Shown: one piece after another, positions 55,084 to 64,000 of the stretch
How the letters are laid out: each line of letters opens with the position of its first letter
Position numbering within the stretch: the first letter of the stretch is position 1
Source: Eledone cirrhosa
Taxonomy: Eukaryota
Assembly: GCA_964016885.1 (NCBI GenBank)
Contig: OZ024744.1
Coordinates: forward strand, 7,440,001 to 7,504,000
Direction: 5' to 3'
DNA length: 64,000 bases
Made by a program: the position numbers and the translations under genes
Notes under the pieces: model-generated
What the model saw: only the letters and a program-made list of their open reading frames with translations
Told to the model about the DNA's origin: nothing
Databases searched by the model: none

Positions 55084-55386
55084 AACGATCGACATTCGTC
55101 AAATCGGACCGAGGAAGCAATGTTTCCATTGGTCTTTCCGATTGCTCTTACTATCTATCGGTCGCAACTCCAGGTATATATACGTATATATATATTTATA
55201 TATATATATATATATATAGTAAGAATATTTTCGAAACAGCGAGTGGGTTTGAAATTATTAGAAATGTAAGCTATCGCCGTATTTTGACTAAAGAAAATAA
55301 AGAAATTATTTAGCCTGATAGTGGGGTTAAGAACCCTCGGAGAAATGGAAAAAGATGAGTATTGACGTACATGGGAGTCGAACCCA

Positions 55387-57369
<1,983 letters not shown>

Positions 57370-59555
57370 AATTCACACCGACCCCACTACGTCCTAACTA
57401 CTATGAAATGAAGGAAGACATCACAGACTTCTGTAGAAAGTTACGACTTAGTGAACAACTATTCGACCAGTACAATGATGATGAATCATTAGCCAGAAAT
57501 AGAAGCAATTATACCCCTTCAAAAGGTAGAAATAAAATCCTGGACGAATTCTGTGAACACATCACAAACTTCCCTTACCAACACTTGCACAGACAAAAAC
57601 ACAAGTCAAATCTCAACAAGAAAGAATGGGAAGAATTAAATAGATTAAAAACCGACAGAACCATTACAATTAAAGAGGCTGATAAAGGGAGTACAGTAGT
57701 CCTAATGGAGACAGAATTCTATATCAACTTAGCGCTCTCCACTTTGGAAAACGAAACATACTACGAAAAGGCTGAACACTACAATCAACAGAAAATTATG
57801 AGAAACCTAAAAACTCTAATCAACCAATACAAAGAACGACTCACTAACAAGGAATTCAGCTTCATCACAGACTTCACAAGTAAATCCAGCCTTTTCTACG
57901 GTATCCCTAAAGTACATAAAAGCGAATCAATCAGTAAGGCATGCAAGGAAGCCACAGACATAGTCATCAATGTCCCCTCACCCAATGATCTCAAATTAAG
58001 ACCTATAATAGCAGGCCCCGCTTGCGAAACGCACCGTCTTAGCAACTTCATTGATACCCTTCTCAAACCCTTCCTCAAGCACATCAAAAGCTATATAAGG
58101 GACGACCTAGATATGCTCAATCACCTCCCTAATATGCCACTTTCTGAACAAACCCTACTAGTCACGTTCGATGTAGTCAACCTATACTCCAACATCCCCC
58201 ACAACCTAGGAATAGAAGCTATCCAATTCTGGCTGGATAATTTCCACAATGAACTCCCACAACGCATCAAAAAAGAATTCGTGATAGAGGGACTCAAATT
58301 TATCTTGGAGAACAATTACTTCGTTTTCAATAACAAACCCTACAGGCAGAAATCTGGGACCGCTATGGGAACGAAAACAGCCCCTACTTATGCCAACCTA
58401 GTCATGGGATACCTGGAAATTACCCTCTACACTAAAGTCCTAAACAAATTTGGAAACACCCTCCACTTACTCATTGAAAGGAACTGGAAGCGATATCTAG
58501 ATGACTGCTTCATCCTTTGGCACGAAAACATCGAAAAACTTAAAGAATTTCACACCCTTATAAATGGGCTCAACACAAATATTAACTTCACGATGGAATA
58601 CAGCCATCAACAACTCCCCTTCCTCGACATCCTCATTAAGATCCATAACAAAAAAATAGAAACAGACATATACTAGAAGCCCACAGACTCCAAGCAATAT
58701 CTCCCCTTCAACTCTTGCCACCCTAGACACGTTAAAATTAATATTCCCTACAACTTAGCCAAGAGAATCAGTACTATAGTCTCCAATAAAAACATCTGCT
58801 ACATACGGCTACAAGAACTAAAGGACACACTCATAGGCAGGGACTACCCTGCATCACTAATTGACAATAGAATCCAACGTGCCCTAAAACTCAGTACCCA
58901 GGACCTTAGACACCCTAAAGTAAATCAACCAAAACTAAAAGCTCTTCCATACATCTCCACACACAACCCCCTCAACAATGAGGCCTTTGACACCATCCTC
59001 CAGAACATCCCTGTATTGAAAAAGGACCATAGAATGAACCAAATTCTACGAACACACGATATCATAAAGAGCAAAAGACAATCCAAGTCAATGAAAAACA
59101 TCTTAACACATGCCAAAGTACTGCCAACCACAACAACGAAACCCACAGTAAAAAAATGCGATAGACCCAACTGTGGCATTTGCATCAACCTAATAGAGGG
59201 TTCGGAATTCTATTTCAAAGATGGACAACGTTTTATAGTAAAACACAATTTCACATGTGCATCGGAAAATCTAATATATATATTAACTTGTTCAGGTTGT
59301 CGAGAACAATACATAGGCCAGACCAAAAACAGCCTCCGCCAACGCATGACTGTCCATAGATCCCAAATTAAAATACGGGAATACAGGAAAATACCACTGA
59401 GTGAACACATTGATACCTGTGCCGCCCCAAATCATCCCAACTTCCGAATCTTTCCCCTCTACAAATTTAAAGATAATGCCATCCACACCCAGCGCATCAG
59501 CAAGGAATCTTACTTCATTAACAAATACGGACCCCGTCTAAACACTTCTCCCTAA
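57370..59555 (+). pseudogene. Penelope-like RT-GIY-YIG ORF, 5'-truncated, with a single in-frame stop at 58674-58676
   Basis: KEADKG, FYGIPKVHK, LRPII, FDVVNLYSNIP, GTAMG, RYLDD, LPFLD and LIYILTCSGCREQYIGQT. ORFs 57231-58676 and 59016-59555 are in the same frame. Confidence 0.92.
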
Positions 59556-59882
59556 GACGAACCCACAACATACACACGTCAACATACATACCTACATCAG
59601 CACACATCTCTACCCACATATAAACACAATGACACACGTAAACACACATGCTCTATGGTGCAATACAAAAAAATATATGTGCATATATATGTATGTATAT
59701 ATGTATATATATATATATATGTAGTGAATATATATATGTGTGTGTATATATATATATAGTGAATATCATTTCACACCTTTTATTGTTAAGATTTTTGATG
59801 TTCTATTAAGAGAACCGATTTTACTGAAAAAATCGAATAATGTACACCATTTTACCAGGGGGGAAAAATACTGGTCCACCCA

Positions 59883-59936
<54 letters not shown>

Positions 59937-60069
59937 CACAAACACATACACACGCGTACATCAACATACAAAGAGACTTATACACACACACACACACACG
60001 CGCGCACTTCTCCGTATAAGACAAAAGCTGAAAAATATCTTTTGACCTTCGAATGACTCTGATATATAC

Positions 60070-60101
<32 letters not shown>

Positions 60102-60181
60102 TTATCTTAATAGCCATTTGACACACATCGCTGCTGGCCATTGTCGCAGCATCGAACACCTTATTACTACTACTACTACTA

Positions 60182-60219
<38 letters not shown>

Positions 60220-60747
60220 ACACACACACACACACATATTTGTTGTGAAAGAGTCATTTCTCAATCTTGGCACAAAACCAATTTTTTATCCACATGACCT
60301 CTACCGACCAATCAAAATTGTTTTGACCAATAATTTTTGCTGGAGCCACTTTTTTAACATAAAAACAGTCTTGGCGCAAAATCAACTTTTTACATTCACA
60401 TGACCTCTACCGACCAATCAAAATTGTTTTGACCACAAGCATTTTTGCAACACAAAAATAACGCTGGAGCCACTTTTTTAACATAAAAACAGGTAGAATT
60501 CCCAAAACTAATCAGATCAGAGCAAACAGCACGGACACTCTATCTCAAAATTATTTTTGAAAAGCATTTAGAAATGCGCAACCGGTAAAAACTTAAAAAC
60601 TTAAAACCACAACTGAATACTAACCCATACAATCACTAATACTCTATTATTCCTAATTAAACCATTTTTCAACTGTGAATAATCTGTCAGCATTTTCTAT
60701 TCCGTTTACCAATATATAATAACTTGTATGTTACACCTCTATTCTTT

Positions 60748-60750
<3 letters not shown>
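59556..60750 (+). mobile_element. Long microsatellite-rich 3' tail of the Penelope-like element
   Basis: The same tail follows the GIY-YIG stop in copies at 40640-41686, 55935-57085 and 63441-64000. Confidence 0.75.
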
Positions 60751-60838
<88 letters not shown>

Positions 60839-60958
60839 CAGTCGCTAAGTTTATAGCTTCTAATTTGAATGGAAAAAGACGGGTAATGTGTTGGTGTAAA
60901 TGGTAGCACAGTGGTCCGGATAACCAAAGATGTATATATATATATATATATATATATA

Positions 60959-61049
<91 letters not shown>

Positions 61050-61999
61050 AGGTGCATTGTTGGTTGTGTAAAATGGTCCAATAACTTTATGTTAGTAATA
61101 TTAAGTTCTCCACGCTTTTGTATATCTCCAATTCCATTCGAGGCAACAGCTAGATGATGTAAAAAAAAACGGAGTATAACTATCAAAATGAAAATCCGAA
61201 GGCAAGGTAAAATTCCAATTATTTAATCATTTATTCCAATCATTTAATTCCAATCATTTAATACTGTGTCAGTATTATTGTTCAATCTAACCATGGAGGA
61301 CTCACTGTTACGGATTGAACAATAATACTGACACACCATAATACTGTGTGTGTGCGTGTGTGTGTGTAGCGTTGGTTAACCCAATATTTCCAATTTATAT
61401 CGTCAAATTGAGATTTGACCGACATAGCTTCTGTTGCTTTGTGAACTAATTTTCGGTGAGTGCTGTGTTGGTACATTGTTATATTTGTTTTTATTATATG
61501 TGTTTTTTTCTCGGACATCGCTTCGGTGTGTGTGAAAGTGTGTGTGTAACCTCAAACGCTAATTCTACGGGTTTAATACTGTGTTGATGTGTGTATATAT
61601 ACATATATATTTTTCTTTGACCTCGAGCCGATGTTTGTAGGTGTGGGGTGTGTGTGTGCCCACTCACTTTTAACTGTGACTGACTGTATCCCTACAGATT
61701 TGATTGATGTCCAGCGTCTTTTGCAGCGTTAGAAATCTGAAAACTTTTATGACCTCAACTGAAGCTAATAGCAGTCGCCTTGTCTCTGACTGAGTGGTGT
61801 GTCTCCATATGAGGGAATGAATTCTGTGAGAGACCATCGTTATTTTTTCTCCCTATATCAAGAATTTGAAGACAATTCATTTTCACCTGATGAAATCGGT
61901 GATAATCGATCATGCCTTCACAATCAATCTATCTCTTATTGAAACATATGTGGTGATTAAATGATTGGAATTTTACCTTGCCTTCGGATTTTCATTTTG

Positions 62000-62033
<34 letters not shown>

Positions 62034-62044
62034 GTATATATATA

Positions 62045-62137
<93 letters not shown>

Positions 62138-62174
62138 AATATATATATACATATATAGACATATATATATGTAC

Positions 62175-62207
<33 letters not shown>

Positions 62208-62345
62208 CATATACATATATATCTATCTTTACTTCGGCCCTTGATAAACTTGTTTCTACATCATCCACTCTCATCCCGGGAACAGTTTTGATAGCGCTAG
62301 TCTGTGATTTAAATTCAGGAATTTTATATTGTTTGAATGAAAAGA

Positions 62346-62428
62346 ACCTTCTGACGAGAATCTTTCTTTGCAACGAAGGCCGTATGGTCTCCGTTTATTT
62401 TTGGGATTCGAAACCGATCGGTAAAGGT
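62346..62428 (+). ncRNA. Type I hammerhead ribozyme with canonical core
   Basis: ACCTT-CTGACGA-GAATC...GATTC-GAAA-CCGATCGG-TA-AAGGT, giving a GUA cleavage triplet and palindromic stem III. Confidence 0.85.
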
Positions 62429-62499
62429 AACTATAGTAGGTAAAGTCAATTTTTTTAAATTTATTTTGAAACTTTTTCATTATTTGCTAAACCTTGTTT

Positions 62500-63400
<901 letters not shown>

Positions 63401-63407
63401 TACGGAC

Positions 63408-64000
63408 CAAATACGGACCCCGTCTAAACACTTCTCCCTAAGACGAACCCACAACATACACACGTCAACATACATACCTACATCAGCATACGTCCTACAT
63501 ACATCTCAATCCACATATAAACACAATGACATACGTAAACACACATGTTCTATGGTACAACACAAATATACACAAATTTGCATATCTTTTGATGTCTATA
63601 GATATAAACGTACCGACACACACACAGACATATACGCACACATGCATTGCACACTGATGGGCACATACATATTTGTACACAAGTATTCCAATACGGCAGG
63701 GCCTAATGGATTCCCCTTGCAGTACGTACAATCTGGACACTCACACACACATTGGTATTATGCCAATACTATATATCATTTCACACCTTTTATTATTAAG
63801 GTTGTTGATGTTCTATTGAGAGAATCGATTTTACTGAAAATATCGAATAGTGTACACCATTCTAACAAAAATAAATACTAACCCCCCCCCCACACACACA
63901 CACACGCATTCTCTCACACACAAACACACACACATATATATACACACACATACACACGCGTACATTAACATACAAAGAGACATACACACACACACACACT
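63408..64000 (+). mobile_element. 3' end and tail of the Penelope-like family (heavily 5'-truncated)
   Basis: CAAATACGGACCCCGTCTAAACACTTCTCCCTAAGACGAACCC is identical to 59522-59564. Confidence 0.85.

Overview
AT-rich, microsatellite-dense eukaryotic DNA with no convincing host gene. The SINE families suggest a cephalopod, probably octopus; this is an inference. The window is almost entirely retrotransposon-derived. It holds an RTE 5' end, a head-to-tail cluster of R4/Dong-type restriction-like-endonuclease LINEs beside (CATA)n tracts, a Tx1/L1-clade LINE with an intact ORF1, a CR1-group LINE, a CRE-like fragment, Helitron remnants and tRNA-derived SINEs. There are also at least five Penelope-like element (PLE; RT + GIY-YIG) copies. 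The most interesting signal is non-coding: minimal type I hammerhead ribozyme (HHR) motifs with palindromic stem III, one canonical (62346-62428) and several variant or degenerate. They sit at the 3' ends of PLEs or in short non-coding units embedded in (TA)n, one of which is a retrozyme-like direct repeat. They co-occur with many fold-back or inverted duplications, from about 30 bp to more than 1.6 kb per arm. Coordinates were read by eye and element boundaries are approximate.
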